Shown: positions 6,421-18,942, numbered from the stretch's first letter. The stretch: DNA of 24,000 nt from Variovorax ureilyticus (GCF_037889935.1 NZ_JBBKZU010000016.1:84407-108406); one strand, 5' to 3'. The notes: generated by a model not told the origin, from the letters alone. Numbers and translations are program-made.

Positions 6421-7740
6421 ATGCCCGTGAAGCAGCCCCGCCCCGGCGAACTCGAAGCCATCGAAACCGCGAGCCGCGACGAGATCCAGTCGCTGCAGCT
6501 CCAGCGCCTGCGCTGGACGCTCCAGCACGCCTACGACAACGTGCCGCACTACAAGAAGGCCTTCGACGAGAAGGGCGTGCACCCGAGCGACCTGAAGCAG
6601 CTCAGCGACCTGTCGAAGTTTCCCTTCACCACCAAGAAGGACCTGCGCGACAACTATCCCTTCGGCCTCTTCGCGGTGCCGCGCGAGCAGGTGTCGCGCA
6701 TCCATGCGTCGTCGGGCACCACGGGCAAGCCCACGGTCGTCGGCTACACGAAGAACGACATCGACACCTGGGCCACGCTCGTCGCGCGCTCCATCCGCGC
6801 CGCCGGCGGCCGCGCGGGCGACATCCTGCATGTGGCCTACGGCTACGGCCTTTTCACCGGTGGTCTCGGCGCGCACTACGGCGCGGAGAAGCTCGGCTGC
6901 ACCGTCATCCCGATGTCGGGCGGGCAGACCGAGAAGCAGGTGCAGCTCATCCGCGACTTCAAGCCCGACATCATCATGGTCACGCCGAGCTACATGCAGG
7001 TGATCGTGGAAGAGTTCGTGCGCCAGGGGCTGGACCCGCGAGAAAGCTCGCTCAAGGTCGGCATCTTCGGGGCCGAGCCCTGGACCGAGGCGATGCGCCA
7101 CGAGATCGAGAACAAGGCCGGCATCGACGCGGTCGACATCTACGGCCTGTCGGAAGTGATGGGCCCGGGCGTCGCCAGCGAATGCATCGAGACCAAGGAC
7201 GGCCCGGTGATCTGGGAAGACCACTTCTATCCCGAGATCATCGACCCCGAGACCGGCGAAGTGCTGCCCGATGGTTCGGAAGGCGAACTGGTCTTCACCT
7301 CGCTCTCCAAGGAAGCGCTGCCGATCATCCGCTACCGCACGCGCGACCTCACGCGCCTGCTGGCGCCCACGGCACGCGCGTTCCGCCGCATGGGCAAGAT
7401 CGTCGGCCGCTCGGACGACATGCTGATCATCCGCGGCGTGAACGTGTTCCCGACGCAGATCGAGGAGATCGTGCTGCAGCACGCCAAGCTGTCCGGGCAG
7501 TACCAGATCAACGTGAGCCGCGACGGGCTGCTCGATGCGGTCCACGTGAAGTGCGAACTGCAGCCGCTGGCGGCCCCGGCGACGGGCGAGAAGGAGGTCG
7601 CCGAGATCGCACGCTGGCTGCAGCAGCGCATCAAGACGCTGGTCGGCATCAGCACCACCGTCACGGTGCTTCGGCCCGACAGCATCGAACGCACCCTGAC
7701 CGGCAAGGCCCGGCGCGTGGTCGACGAGCGCAAGGCCTGA
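6421..7740 (+). CDS. paaK: Phenylacetate-CoA ligase
   Basis: 439 aa: ...PHYKKAFDEKGV...DLSKFPFTTKKDLRDNYPFGLFAVP...IHASSGTTGKPTVVGYT..., with DDMLIIRGVNVFPTQIEE near the C-terminus. These are the canonical PaaK adenylate-forming signatures. A GAGGAGA RBS lies upstream. Confidence 0.93.
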   Translation: MPVKQPRPGELEAIETASRDEIQSLQLQRLRWTLQHAYDNVPHYKKAFDEKGVHPSDLKQLSDLSKFPFTTKKDLRDNYPFGLFAVPREQVSRIHASSGTTGKPTVVGYTKNDIDTWATLVARSIRAAGGRAGDILHVAYGYGLFTGGLGAHYGAEKLGCTVIPMSGGQTEKQVQLIRDFKPDIIMVTPSYMQVIVEEFVRQGLDPRESSLKVGIFGAEPWTEAMRHEIENKAGIDAVDIYGLSEVMGPGVASECIETKDGPVIWEDHFYPEIIDPETGEVLPDGSEGELVFTSLSKEALPIIRYRTRDLTRLLAPTARAFRRMGKIVGRSDDMLIIRGVNVFPTQIEEIVLQHAKLSGQYQINVSRDGLLDAVHVKCELQPLAAPATGEKEVAEIARWLQQRIKTLVGISTTVTVLRPDSIERTLTGKARRVVDERKA

Positions 7741-7758
7741 GCGGGAACGAGTCGATTC

Positions 7759-10197
<2,439 letters not shown>

Positions 10198-10235
10198 ACC
10201 CAGTTATTGACTCTCTCATCAGGAAGGAGATCACG

Positions 10236-11246
10236 ATGTACACGCAAGCCATGGACACGATGGGCAAGGACGAGGGCGGCAAGAAGGCCGTTCGTTCCGC
10301 CGAGGAAATGCAGCTCGAGGAGCGTTTCGACGCCCATATCGACGCGGGCGATTTCATCGAGGCCAAGGACTGGATGCCCGACCACTACCGCAAGACGCTG
10401 GTGCGGCAGATCAGCCAGCACGCGCACTCGGAAATCGTCGGCATGCTGCCGGAAGGCAACTGGGTCACGCGCGCGCCGACGCTCAAGCGCAAGGCGATCC
10501 TGCTGGCCAAGATCCAGGACGAAGCCGGCCACGGGCTCTATCTCTACTCGGCCGCCGAAACGCTCGGCACCTCGCGCGACCAGATGCTCGAGGCGCTGCA
10601 CACCGGCCGCGCCAAGTACAGCTCGATCTTCAACTACCCGACGCTCACCTGGGCCGACATGGGCACCATCGGCTGGCTGGTCGACGGCGCCGCGATCATG
10701 AACCAGGTGCCGATCTGCCGCTGCTCGTATGCACCCTATGCGCGCGCCATGATCCGCATCTGCCGCGAGGAGAGCTTCCACCAGCGCCAGGGCTTCGAGG
10801 CGCTGCTCACGATGATGCAGCACGGCACCGAGGCGCAGAAGGCGATGGTGCAGGACGCGGTCAACCGCTGGTGGTGGCCGTCGATCATGATGTTCGGCCC
10901 CCCGGATGACCAGTCGCCCAACTCCGCACAGTCGATGCGCTGGGGCATCAAGCGCATCTCGAACGACGAACTGCGCGCCAAGTTCATCGACGCCACCATC
11001 GAGCAGGCCAAGGTGCTCGGCGTCACGCTGCCCGACCCCGACCTCAAGTGGAACGAGGAACGCCAGCACTACGATCACGGCACGATCGACTGGAGCGAGT
11101 TCTGGCGCGTGGTCGGCGGCGACGGCCCGTGCAACCGCGAACGCCTCGGCGCACGCGTCAAGGCATGGGACGACGGCGCCTGGGTGCGCGATGCCGCGCT
11201 CGCCCACGCCGCCAAGCGCGCCGAGCCCCAACCCCTCGCTGCCTGA
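10236..11246 (+). CDS. paaA: 1,2-phenylacetyl-CoA epoxidase, catalytic subunit A (di-iron)
   Basis: An ATG at 10236 is preceded by AGGAAGGAGA. The 336-aa protein reads ...[20 protein letters not shown]...[17 protein letters not shown]...[12 protein letters not shown].... The two E..H di-iron motifs are typical of PaaA. The ORF-track start at 10137 overlaps the end of the acylase gene. Confidence 0.93.
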   Translation: MYTQAMDTMGKDEGGKKAVRSAEEMQLEERFDAHIDAGDFIEAKDWMPDHYRKTLVRQISQHAHSEIVGMLPEGNWVTRAPTLKRKAILLAKIQDEAGHGLYLYSAAETLGTSRDQMLEALHTGRAKYSSIFNYPTLTWADMGTIGWLVDGAAIMNQVPICRCSYAPYARAMIRICREESFHQRQGFEALLTMMQHGTEAQKAMVQDAVNRWWWPSIMMFGPPDDQSPNSAQSMRWGIKRISNDELRAKFIDATIEQAKVLGVTLPDPDLKWNEERQHYDHGTIDWSEFWRVVGGDGPCNRERLGARVKAWDDGAWVRDAALAHAAKRAEPQPLAA

Positions 11247-11269
11247 CCCACGATCCAAGGAATACGACC

Positions 11270-11587
11270 ATGAGCAACCCGAATCCGTCGAACGCCGCAG
11301 CCCCCGCCACCGAGTGGCCGCTGTGGGAAGTCTTCGTCCGCAGCCGCTCCGGCCTCGACCACAAGCACTGCGGCAGCCTGCACGCCGCCGACCCGAAGAT
11401 GGCCATCCAGATGGCCCGCGACGTCTACACCCGCCGCCAGGAAGGCACCAGCGTGTGGGTCGTGCGCTCCGACCAGATCGTCGCGAGCGACCCGGGCGAC
11501 AAGGACATGTACTTCGATCCGATGGAAGACAAGGTCTACCGCCACCCGACGTTCTACAAGCTTCCCGGTTCTGTGGACCACATGTGA
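11270..11587 (+). CDS. paaB: 1,2-phenylacetyl-CoA epoxidase subunit B
   Basis: An internal ATG at 11270 gives 105 aa: ...EWPLWEVFVRSRSGLDHKHCGSLHAADPKMAIQMARDVYTRR.EG.SVWVV.S..I.... This is the conserved PaaB sequence, and the gene order is paaA-paaB-paaC. Confidence 0.9.
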   Translation: MSNPNPSNAAAPATEWPLWEVFVRSRSGLDHKHCGSLHAADPKMAIQMARDVYTRRQEGTSVWVVRSDQIVASDPGDKDMYFDPMEDKVYRHPTFYKLPGSVDHM

Positions 11588-11597
11588 GGTGAGCGAG

Positions 11598-12371
11598 ATG
11601 CAAGCCTCCATCGCCGTCGACCTCCAGCCCATCGTGCAGTACCTGCTGCGCATCGGCGACACCTGCCTGATCCACGCGCAGCGCATTTCCGAGTGGTCCG
11701 GGCACGCGCCCATCCTCGAAGAAGACATCGCCATGTCGAACATGGCGCTCGACCTCATCGGCCAGTCCCGCGCGGTGCTCACGCTCGCGGGCCAGCTCGA
11801 AGGCCGAGGGCATGACGAAGACCAGCTCGCCTTCCTGCGCCAGGAGAAGGACTACCGCAACCTCACCATGGTCGAGCTGCCGCGCGGCGACTTCGCCTTC
11901 ACCGTGGTGCGCAACGCGATGATGGCCACGCTCATGAAGCTGCTCTGGGAACGCCTGCACGAGTCGAGCAACGCCGAACTCGCAGCGATCGCCGGCAAGG
12001 CGGTCAAGGAAGCGCGCTACCACCAGCAGCACGCCGCCGACTGGGTCGTGCGCCTGGGCGACAGCACCGACGAAGCCCGCCAGCGCATCGAGAAGGCACT
12101 GCGCGAGCTGTGGCTCTACGTGCCCGAGCTCTTCGAATCCGACGCGATCGACGAGGCCGCGAGCGCCGCAGGCATCGGCCCGCGCTGGACCGACCTGCAG
12201 GCGAAGTGGCTCGAAGAAATGGACGCCATCCTGGGCGAAGCCACGCTCCAGCGCCCCGACGATGCGGCTTTCCGCAGCACCGGCAAGCGCGGCGTGCACA
12301 GCGAGCACATGGGCTACATCCTCGCCGAGATGCAGTATCTGCAGCGCGCCTACCCCGGGGGCGTCTGGTGA
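11598..12371 (+). CDS. paaC: 1,2-phenylacetyl-CoA epoxidase subunit C
   Basis: ...YLLRIGDTCLIHAQRISEWSGHAPILEEDIAMSNMALDLIGQSR... is colinear with E. coli PaaC (YTLRLGDNCLVLSQRLGEWCGHAPELEIDLALANIGLDLLGQAR). The ATG at 11598 has GAGGTGA 5 nt upstream. The in-frame GTG at 11589 is an alternative start. Confidence 0.9.
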   Translation: MQASIAVDLQPIVQYLLRIGDTCLIHAQRISEWSGHAPILEEDIAMSNMALDLIGQSRAVLTLAGQLEGRGHDEDQLAFLRQEKDYRNLTMVELPRGDFAFTVVRNAMMATLMKLLWERLHESSNAELAAIAGKAVKEARYHQQHAADWVVRLGDSTDEARQRIEKALRELWLYVPELFESDAIDEAASAAGIGPRWTDLQAKWLEEMDAILGEATLQRPDDAAFRSTGKRGVHSEHMGYILAEMQYLQRAYPGGVW

Positions 12372-12883
12372 ACGCGCAGGCGCCCATGGCGACGCGCAGC
12401 GAACGGGCCTGGGACGTGCTCGGGACGGTGCTCGACCCCGAGGTGCCGGCGCTGTCGGTACGCGACCTGGGCATCGTGCGCGACGTGGTCGAGCACGACG
12501 ACCGGCTCGAAGTCGTGCTCACGCCGACCTACTCGGGCTGCCCCGCGACCGAAGTCATCGAGCATGACGTGCTCGCCGCGATCGAGAAGGCCGGCCTCGG
12601 GCCCGCCTACGTGACCTTGCAGCGCGCACCCGCCTGGACCACCGACTGGATCAGCGCCGAAGGCCGCCGCAAGCTCTTCGAATACGGCATCGCGCCGCCC
12701 GGCCCCGCACCCGATGGCGCGGTGCCGATCCGCATCTTCGGCCGCAAGGCCGACACGGTGATTTGCCCGCGTTGCGGGAGCAAGAACACGGAGCGTCTCT
12801 CCGCGTTCGGCTCCACCGCCTGCAAGTCCATGTATCGCTGCATTGCCTGCCGCGAACCCTTCGAACATTTCAAGCCGATCTGA
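12368..12883 (+). CDS. paaD: 1,2-phenylacetyl-CoA epoxidase subunit D (DUF59 plus C-terminal zinc-ribbon-like Cys motif)
   Basis: ...DPEVPALSVRDLGIVRDV...TPTYSGCPATE...APAWTTDWIS.EGR.KL.EYGIAPP...CPRCGS...FGSTACKSMYRCIACREPFEHFK matches PaaD. A GTG at 12368 overlaps the paaC stop (GTGA). The ATG at 12386 is an equally plausible start. Confidence 0.88.
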   Translation: MNAQAPMATRSERAWDVLGTVLDPEVPALSVRDLGIVRDVVEHDDRLEVVLTPTYSGCPATEVIEHDVLAAIEKAGLGPAYVTLQRAPAWTTDWISAEGRRKLFEYGIAPPGPAPDGAVPIRIFGRKADTVICPRCGSKNTERLSAFGSTACKSMYRCIACREPFEHFKPI

Positions 12884-12900
12884 AGCGGCGGAGCACCCCC

Positions 12901-13986
12901 ATGAGCGTCATGTTCCATCCATTGACCGTGCGCCAGATCGCACCGGACACCGACGAAGCGGTGATCGTTTCCTTCGACGTGCCGACCGACCTGCGCGAAG
13001 TCTTCGGCTTCACGCAGGGCCAGTACCTCACCCTGCGCAAGGAGATCGAAGGCCAGGACCTGCGCCGTTCCTACTCGATCTGCGCCGGCGTCGATGACGG
13101 CGAGCTGCGCGTCGGCGTGCGCAAGGTCAAGGGCGGCACCTTCTCCAACTGGATCAACGAGAAGCTCCAGCCCGGCGACACCATCAACGTGATGGCGCCG
13201 CAGGGCCGTTTCTTCGTGCCGATCGAGCCCGAGGCGAAGCGCCACCATGTCGGCATCGTCGGCGGGAGCGGCATCACGCCGATCCTGTCGATCATGAAGA
13301 CGGTGCTGGCGCGAGAGCCCCACTCGCGCTTCACGCTGATCTACGGCAACCGCAAGCTGCAGTCCACGATGTTCAAGGAAGAGCTCGAGGACCTGAAGAA
13401 CCGCTACATGACCCGCCTCGTTCTGCACCACGTGTTCAGCGGCGAGCCGACCGATGCGCCGCTGAACATGGGCCGCATGGGCCGCGAGAAGCTCGGCGAG
13501 TTCTTCGCGAGCGTCGTGCCCGCCGGCAGCATCGACCACGCCTACATCTGCGGCCCGTTCCAGATGAACGACGAGGCCGAGGCCGCGCTGCTCGCGGCCG
13601 GCGTGCCGGAAGACCGCATCCACATTGAGCGCTTCGGCGTCGCGACGCCCGAAGGCGCACCGGTGGGCGCGGTGATCCACGAGGCCAAGCCGGGCGATGC
13701 CGAAGTGGCGAAGATCGTCATCATCCGCGACGGCCTGCAGCGCGAGATCGAGTTCCGCAAGGACCAGCCGAGCATCCTCGACTGCGCCTCGGCCTCCGGG
13801 CTCGAAGTGCCGTTCTCGTGCACCTCTGGCGTATGCGGCACCTGCCGTGCCAAGGTCGTCGAAGGCGAGGTGCGAATGGAGCGAAACTTTGCGCTCGACA
13901 AGAACGAGGTCGCAGCCGGCTTCGTTCTGACCTGCCAGGCCCATCCATTGACAGAGAAGGTGGTCCTCTCGTTCGACGAACGCTAG
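12901..13986 (+). CDS. paaE: 1,2-phenylacetyl-CoA epoxidase reductase subunit E (FNR-like domain plus plant-type 2Fe-2S ferredoxin domain)
   Basis: An ATG at 12901 gives 361 aa. It has the flavin-binding RSYSI motif, the NAD-binding GGSGITP motif, and a C-terminal CTSGVCGTCRAKV...C cluster. Confidence 0.92.
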   Translation: MSVMFHPLTVRQIAPDTDEAVIVSFDVPTDLREVFGFTQGQYLTLRKEIEGQDLRRSYSICAGVDDGELRVGVRKVKGGTFSNWINEKLQPGDTINVMAPQGRFFVPIEPEAKRHHVGIVGGSGITPILSIMKTVLAREPHSRFTLIYGNRKLQSTMFKEELEDLKNRYMTRLVLHHVFSGEPTDAPLNMGRMGREKLGEFFASVVPAGSIDHAYICGPFQMNDEAEAALLAAGVPEDRIHIERFGVATPEGAPVGAVIHEAKPGDAEVAKIVIIRDGLQREIEFRKDQPSILDCASASGLEVPFSCTSGVCGTCRAKVVEGEVRMERNFALDKNEVAAGFVLTCQAHPLTEKVVLSFDER

Positions 13987-13999
13987 AACAAGGAATTCC

Positions 14000-14623
14000 A
14001 TGGCCCGTGGACGCTCACCCGGTTACGACGATCAGCGCGAGATGATTCTCGAGAACGCCGCGCAGCTCTTCGCCAACCGCGGCTATTCCGCCACCTCGAT
14101 GAACCAGGTGGCGGAAGCGTGCGGATTTTCCAAGGCCCTGCTCTATCACTACTACCGCGACAAATACAGCCTGCTGGTCAGCATCGCCGAGAACCACGTG
14201 TCGCGACTCGAAGGGCTCGTCACCGACGTCGAGGCACAGAAGCTCGACGCCGAGGCGCACCTGCGCGAACTCATCCGCCGCTTCGTGCAGGAATACGCGG
14301 GTGCGCGCCATGCGCACCGCGTGCTGACGGAGGACGTGAAGTTCATGGAGCCCGAGGACCGCGAGCGCGTGCTCGGCACGCAGCGCAAGGTGGTGTCGGG
14401 CTTCGCGCGCGCGGTGCTCGAACTGCGGCCCGACCTGCGCGACGCGGCGCTCGCCAAGCCGCTGACCATGCTGCTGTTCGGCATGATCAACTGGATGTTC
14501 ATCTGGATGCGCCCGGACGGCGAACTCGACTACGACGCCATGGCCCCGGTGGTGGCCGATCTCTTCCTCGGCGGACTGCCGGGCGTGAAGATCCCGCAGC
14601 GCATCGTGCACGTAGACGCCTAG
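14000..14623 (+). CDS. paaR: TetR/AcrR-family transcriptional regulator, probable PaaR-type repressor of the paa genes
   Basis: 207 aa with an N-terminal TetR helix-turn-helix (ILENAAQLFANRGYSATSMNQVAEACGFSKALLYHYYRDK). It starts 13 nt after paaE with an AAGGA RBS. Calling it PaaR relies on gene context. Confidence 0.7.
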   Translation: MARGRSPGYDDQREMILENAAQLFANRGYSATSMNQVAEACGFSKALLYHYYRDKYSLLVSIAENHVSRLEGLVTDVEAQKLDAEAHLRELIRRFVQEYAGARHAHRVLTEDVKFMEPEDRERVLGTQRKVVSGFARAVLELRPDLRDAALAKPLTMLLFGMINWMFIWMRPDGELDYDAMAPVVADLFLGGLPGVKIPQRIVHVDA

Positions 14624-14668
14624 AAGTCAGCTCACTCTTTCATCAACCACCACAACGGAGACATGCTC

Positions 14669-15823
14669 ATGAAACACCTCAAACCCCTCGCGGTGATCGC
14701 GGCGCTGCTGGCGTCGGCACTCGCGCATGCGGACATCAACGTCGGCGTGACCGTCTCGGCCACCGGGCCGGCGGCTTCGCTGGGCATTCCCGAGAAGAAC
14801 ACCATCGCGCTGATGCCCAAGACCATCGGGGGCCAGAAGATCAACTACATCGTGCTCGACGACGCCAGCGACACCACCGCAGCGGTCAACAACACGCGCA
14901 AGCTGATCTCCGAGAACAAGGTGGACATCATCCTCGGCTCGACCACCACGCCGAATTCGCTCGCGATGATCGACGTCGCTGCCGAAAGCCAGACGCCCGT
15001 GATCTCGATGGCCGCTTCGGCGCGCATCGTCGAGCCGGTGGATGCCAAGAAGCGCTGGGTCTTCAAGACGCCGCAGAACGACATCATGATGTCGCTCGCG
15101 ATCGCCGAGCACATGGCGTCCAACGGCGTGAAGACCGTGGGTTTCATCGGTTTCTCCGACGCCTACGGTGAAGGCTGGTTCCAGGAGTTCTCCAAGGCGG
15201 CCGACCTCAAGAAGCTGAAGATCGTCAGCAACGAGCGCTATGCGCGCACCGACACCTCGGTCACGGGCCAGACGCTCAAGCTGATGTCCGCCAAGCCCGA
15301 CGCGATCCTCGTCGCGGGTTCGGGCACGCCCGCCGCGCTGCCGCAGAAGAGCCTCAAGGAGCGCGGCTACGCCGGCAAGGTCTACCAGACGCACGGCGTC
15401 GCCAACGCCGACTTCCTGCGCGTGGGCGGCAAGGATGTCGAAGGCACCTTCCTGCCGGCCGGCCCGGTGCTGGTCGCCGAACAGTTGCCTGCCAGCAACC
15501 CGGTGAAGAAGTCCGCGCTCGCCTATGTGTCGGCGTACGAAGCCGCGAACGGCAAGGGCTCGGTCTCGACCTTCGGCGCGCATGCCTGGGACACGGGGCT
15601 GCTGATGGCCGCCGCGGTTCCGGTTGCGCTCAAGAAGGCGCAGCCCGGCACGCCCGAGTTCCGCGCTGCACTGCGCGACGCGCTCGAACAGGTCAAGGAA
15701 CTGCCCGGCGCACATGGCGTGTTCAACATGACGCCCAACGACCACCTCGGCCTGGACCAGCGCGCCCGCGTGATGGTGAAGATCGAGAACGGCGCCTGGA
15801 AGTACATCCCCCCGTCACCTTGA
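14669..15823 (+). CDS. Periplasmic substrate-binding protein of a LivK/branched-chain-amino-acid-type ABC importer (possibly for phenylacetate or an aromatic acid)
   Basis: The signal peptide is MKHLKPLAVIAALLASALAHA|DINVG. The mature protein looks like a type-I periplasmic binding protein (GVTVSATGPAASLGIP...KVDIILGSTTTP...). The ATG at 14669 has better spacing to GGAGA (14657-14661) than the ATG at 14663. The ligand is inferred from context only. Confidence 0.8.
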   Translation: MKHLKPLAVIAALLASALAHADINVGVTVSATGPAASLGIPEKNTIALMPKTIGGQKINYIVLDDASDTTAAVNNTRKLISENKVDIILGSTTTPNSLAMIDVAAESQTPVISMAASARIVEPVDAKKRWVFKTPQNDIMMSLAIAEHMASNGVKTVGFIGFSDAYGEGWFQEFSKAADLKKLKIVSNERYARTDTSVTGQTLKLMSAKPDAILVAGSGTPAALPQKSLKERGYAGKVYQTHGVANADFLRVGGKDVEGTFLPAGPVLVAEQLPASNPVKKSALAYVSAYEAANGKGSVSTFGAHAWDTGLLMAAAVPVALKKAQPGTPEFRAALRDALEQVKELPGAHGVFNMTPNDHLGLDQRARVMVKIENGAWKYIPPSP

Positions 15824-15927
15824 CCCACCCCCAGGCTTCGCGCACTTCGTGTCGCTACGCCAACCCCCTTGCAGGGGGCGATACCAGCGGCCCGGCTGAG
15901 CCGGTTCCGCGGTATCCCTGGCCTTGG
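15824..15927 (+). repeat. Structured intergenic repeat, copy B (spacer between the binding-protein and permease genes)
   Basis: cccacccccaggcttcgcgcacttcgtgtcgctacgccaacccccttgcagggggcgataccagcggcccggctgagccggttccgcggtatccctggccttgg. Hairpins are at 15840-15855, 15864-15878 and 15880-15916. This is the most divergent copy, and every stem is maintained by compensatory changes. Confidence 0.85.
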
Positions 15928-15968
15928 TGCTTCGGTGCGCGCAGGTTGATGGACTGACTGGAACAGAC

Positions 15969-16997
15969 ATGGATTTCGACATCGCCCTTTTGCTGGGGCA
16001 GGACGGCATCGTCAACGGCGCCGTCTACGGACTGATGGCGCTGGCGCTGGTGCTGGTGTTTTCCGTCACGCGGGTGATCTTCATCCCGCAGGGCGAGCTG
16101 GTGGCTTTCGGCGCGTTGTCGATGGCCGCGCTCAACGCCGGGCGCACGCCGGCCACGCTCTGGCTGCTGGTGGCCCTCGCCGTCGCGACGCTGGCGGTCG
16201 AAGGCTGGCGCTGGAAGCGCGGCGCGACCGTGGACTGGAAGGCCACGGCCGTCTGGACCATCGCTTTCCCGCTCGTCGCCTGCGTGCTGGTGCTGGGCGT
16301 GAAATCCACGTCGCTCGCGATGCAGGCGGTCACCGCGCTGGTGCTCATCACGCCGCTCGGTCCGCTGCTGTATCGCCTGGCCTACCGGCCGCTGGCGGAT
16401 GCGACGGTGCTGATCCTGCTGATCGTCTCGGTGGCGCTGCACGGCGTGCTGGTCGGCCTCGGCCTGCTGTTCTTCGGCGCCGAAGGCTCGCGCACGCCGC
16501 CTTTCTCCGAAGCGCGGCTCGACATCGGCGGGCTCGCGATCACCGGCCAGTCGATGGTGGTGGTCGGCGTGGCGGCGGTGCTGGTCGTGCTGATGTTCCT
16601 CTTCTTCGAACGCTCCATCGTCGGCAAGGCGCTGCGCGCCACCGCGATGAACCGTGTCGGCGCGCGCCTCATGGGTATCCCGACCGACCTGTCGGGCGAC
16701 CTGAGCTTCGCGCTCGCGGCGCTGATCGGCGCGGTCTCCGGCCTGCTCATTGCGCCGCTGACCACGGTGTATTACGACACCGGCTTCCTCATCGGGCTCA
16801 AGGGCTTCGTCGCGGCGATCGTCGGCGGGCTCGCGAGCTATCCCATCGCGGTGCTCGGCGCGCTGCTGGTGGGGCAGCTCGAAGCCTTCTCTTCGTTCTG
16901 GGCGAGCGCGTTCAAGGAAGTGCTCGTGTTCACCTTGATCATCCCTGTACTTTGGTGGCGGTCTCTCCGCAGCCGTCACGTGGAGGATGAGGAATGA
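15969..16997 (+). CDS. ABC transporter permease, LivH type
   Basis: An internal ATG at 15969 gives 342 aa. MDFDIALLLGQDGIVNGAVYGLMALALVLVFSVTRVIFIPQGELVAFGA is a typical LivH N-terminus, and the protein has multiple TM helices. The earlier ORF-track start lies inside the repeat. Confidence 0.88.
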   Translation: MDFDIALLLGQDGIVNGAVYGLMALALVLVFSVTRVIFIPQGELVAFGALSMAALNAGRTPATLWLLVALAVATLAVEGWRWKRGATVDWKATAVWTIAFPLVACVLVLGVKSTSLAMQAVTALVLITPLGPLLYRLAYRPLADATVLILLIVSVALHGVLVGLGLLFFGAEGSRTPPFSEARLDIGGLAITGQSMVVVGVAAVLVVLMFLFFERSIVGKALRATAMNRVGARLMGIPTDLSGDLSFALAALIGAVSGLLIAPLTTVYYDTGFLIGLKGFVAAIVGGLASYPIAVLGALLVGQLEAFSSFWASAFKEVLVFTLIIPVLWWRSLRSRHVEDEE

Positions 16998-18820
16998 CCC
17001 GCCGCCACCTCACCCTCATCTGCATCGCCGCGCTCGCGCTGAGCTGGGCCTGGCTGCCCGAGTTCACCGTGACGATGTTCAGCTACATCGGCCTCTATTC
17101 GATGGTCGCGGCGGGACTCGTGATGCTCACCGGCATCGGCGGCATGACCTCCTTCGGTCAGGCTGCGTTCGTGGCGATCGGCGCGTATGCGACCGCGTGG
17201 GTCTGCACGTCGCCCGCAGCGGCGGCCGCGCTGGGCGGCTTCGTGCCGGCGGGCGCGCTGCCGTGGGTCGGGCTGGTGCTCGGCCTCGTGCTGACCTTCG
17301 CGGTGGCGTGGGCGCTCGGCGCGATCACGCTCAAGCTCTCGGGCCATTACCTGCCGCTGTGCACGATCGCATGGGGCCTGAGCCTCTACTTCCTGTTCGG
17401 CAACCTCGAGTTCCTCGGCGGGCAGACTGGCATCACCGGGCTTCCGGCGCTGACCGTCGCGGGCCTCTCGCTCGCATCGCCGCGCGCACTCGGGCCGCTG
17501 ATCTGGGCGGCATTGCTGCTCGCGCTCTGGGCGCTGCACAACCTGCTCGATTCGCGCGAAGGCCGGGCGATCCGTGCGCTCAAGTCGGGCCGCGTGATGG
17601 CCGAATCGATGGGCGTCGACACGGCGCGTTATCGCGTCAAGGTGTTCGTGCTCGCGGCACTGCTCGCGGCGCTGTCGGGCTGGCTCTATGCGCACATGCA
17701 GCGCTTCGTGAACCCGACGCCGTTCAACCTCAACATCGGCATCGAGTACCTCTTCATGGCGGTGGTGGGCGGCGCGGGTCACCTGTGGGGCGCGGTGCTC
17801 GGCGCGACGCTCATCACGCTGGTCAAGGAGCAACTGCAGGACATCCTGCCCAAGCTGCTCGGCGCCAGCGGCAACTTCGAGGTGATCGTCTTCGGGCTGC
17901 TGATGCTCTTCGTCCTGCAGCGCTTCGCCGACGGCCTGTGGCCGACGCTCGCGCGCTGGTCGTCGCGCTTCCTCAAGCCCGAGCCGGTGCGCGCGCCGAA
18001 GTCGACCGCATCGCTCGCCGGCCGCACGCTGCCGCCGGCCGGCACGCTGCTGCTCGAATCGGACAAGGTCACCAAGCGCTTCGGCGGCCTCGTCGCAAAC
18101 AACGCGGTCGCGATGACGCTGAAGGCCGGCGAGGTGCACGCGTTGATCGGCCCCAACGGCGCGGGCAAGAGCACCTTCTTCAACATGATCTCGGGGGTCG
18201 ACGACCCGACCGAAGGTGAAGTGCGGCTCATCGGCGAGACGATGAACGGCAAGCCTTCGCGCGACTACGCTGCGCGCGGCCTGGGCCGCACCTTCCAGCA
18301 TGTGCGCCTGCTCGGCACCCGCACCGTGCTGGAGAACGTCGCCGTCGGCGCGCATCGGCGCGGACGTCACGGCTGGATCGCCTCGATGCTGCGGCTCGAC
18401 CGCGCCGAAGAGGCGGCACTGCTCGCCGAAGCGCGCCGGCAGATCGAGCGCTGTGGCCTTGGTGCCTATGCCGACGTGCCCGCCGCGTCGCTCGCGCTCG
18501 GCCAGCAGCGCGTGGTCGAGATCGCCCGTGCGCTCGCGGGCCAACCGGCCGCGCTGCTGCTCGACGAGCCCGCGGCCGGTCTTCGCCATCTGGAGAAGCA
18601 GGCCCTCGCGACGCTGCTTTCTCAACTGCGTGCGGAAGGGCTGGGCATCCTCATCGTCGAACACGACATGGAGTTCGTGATGAACCTCGCCGATCGCATC
18701 ACGGTGCTGGAGTTCGGCACCGTCATCGCCGAAGGCACGCCTGCCGAAGTGCAGGTCAACCCCCGTGTGCTCGACGCCTACCTGGGCGGCAGCGACGAAC
18801 CCGTTCCGATGGCAGCCTAG
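16994..18820 (+). CDS. Fused ABC transporter permease (LivM type, about aa 1-320) and ATPase (LivG type, about aa 351-608)
   Basis: 608 aa. The N-terminal half is polytopic ([29 protein letters not shown]...). From about 18044 there is an ATPase domain with Walker [10 protein letters not shown] (18149-18172), a signature-like [15 protein letters not shown], and Walker [10 protein letters not shown]. The ATGA overlaps the upstream permease stop. Confidence 0.88.
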   Translation: MTRRHLTLICIAALALSWAWLPEFTVTMFSYIGLYSMVAAGLVMLTGIGGMTSFGQAAFVAIGAYATAWVCTSPAAAAALGGFVPAGALPWVGLVLGLVLTFAVAWALGAITLKLSGHYLPLCTIAWGLSLYFLFGNLEFLGGQTGITGLPALTVAGLSLASPRALGPLIWAALLLALWALHNLLDSREGRAIRALKSGRVMAESMGVDTARYRVKVFVLAALLAALSGWLYAHMQRFVNPTPFNLNIGIEYLFMAVVGGAGHLWGAVLGATLITLVKEQLQDILPKLLGASGNFEVIVFGLLMLFVLQRFADGLWPTLARWSSRFLKPEPVRAPKSTASLAGRTLPPAGTLLLESDKVTKRFGGLVANNAVAMTLKAGEVHALIGPNGAGKSTFFNMISGVDDPTEGEVRLIGETMNGKPSRDYAARGLGRTFQHVRLLGTRTVLENVAVGAHRRGRHGWIASMLRLDRAEEAALLAEARRQIERCGLGAYADVPAASLALGQQRVVEIARALAGQPAALLLDEPAAGLRHLEKQALATLLSQLRAEGLGILIVEHDMEFVMNLADRITVLEFGTVIAEGTPAEVQVNPRVLDAYLGGSDEPVPMAA

Positions 18821-18822
18821 GA

Positions 18823-18916
18823 TGAAGCTCACTCCCAGCCTCGCCCACTTCGTGTGGCTCTGCACCCCCTCACCGGGGGCGCACCCGGCAGCCCGGCGAG
18901 CCGGTTCCGCGGGCGC
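18823..18916 (+). repeat. Structured intergenic repeat, copy C (spacer between the livMG fusion and the livF-like gene)
   Basis: atgaagctcactcccagcctcgcccacttcgtgtggctctgcaccccctcaccgggggcgcacccggcagcccggcgagccggttccgcgggcgc. It is nearly identical to copy A over about 95 nt. Hairpins are at 18843-18858, 18865-18879 and 18881-18916; the last has two A.C mismatches. Confidence 0.85.
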
Positions 18917-18942
18917 CCGCGAATGATCACGGTGGAACTGAC

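Noticed and set aside
10207-10212. A TTGACT -35-like hexamer in the acylase-paaA spacer, possibly an internal paaA promoter.
   Set aside because: Only 23 nt separate it from the paaA start codon. That leaves no room for a -10 box, a 5' UTR and the evident AGGAAGGAGA RBS. It is most likely a chance match.
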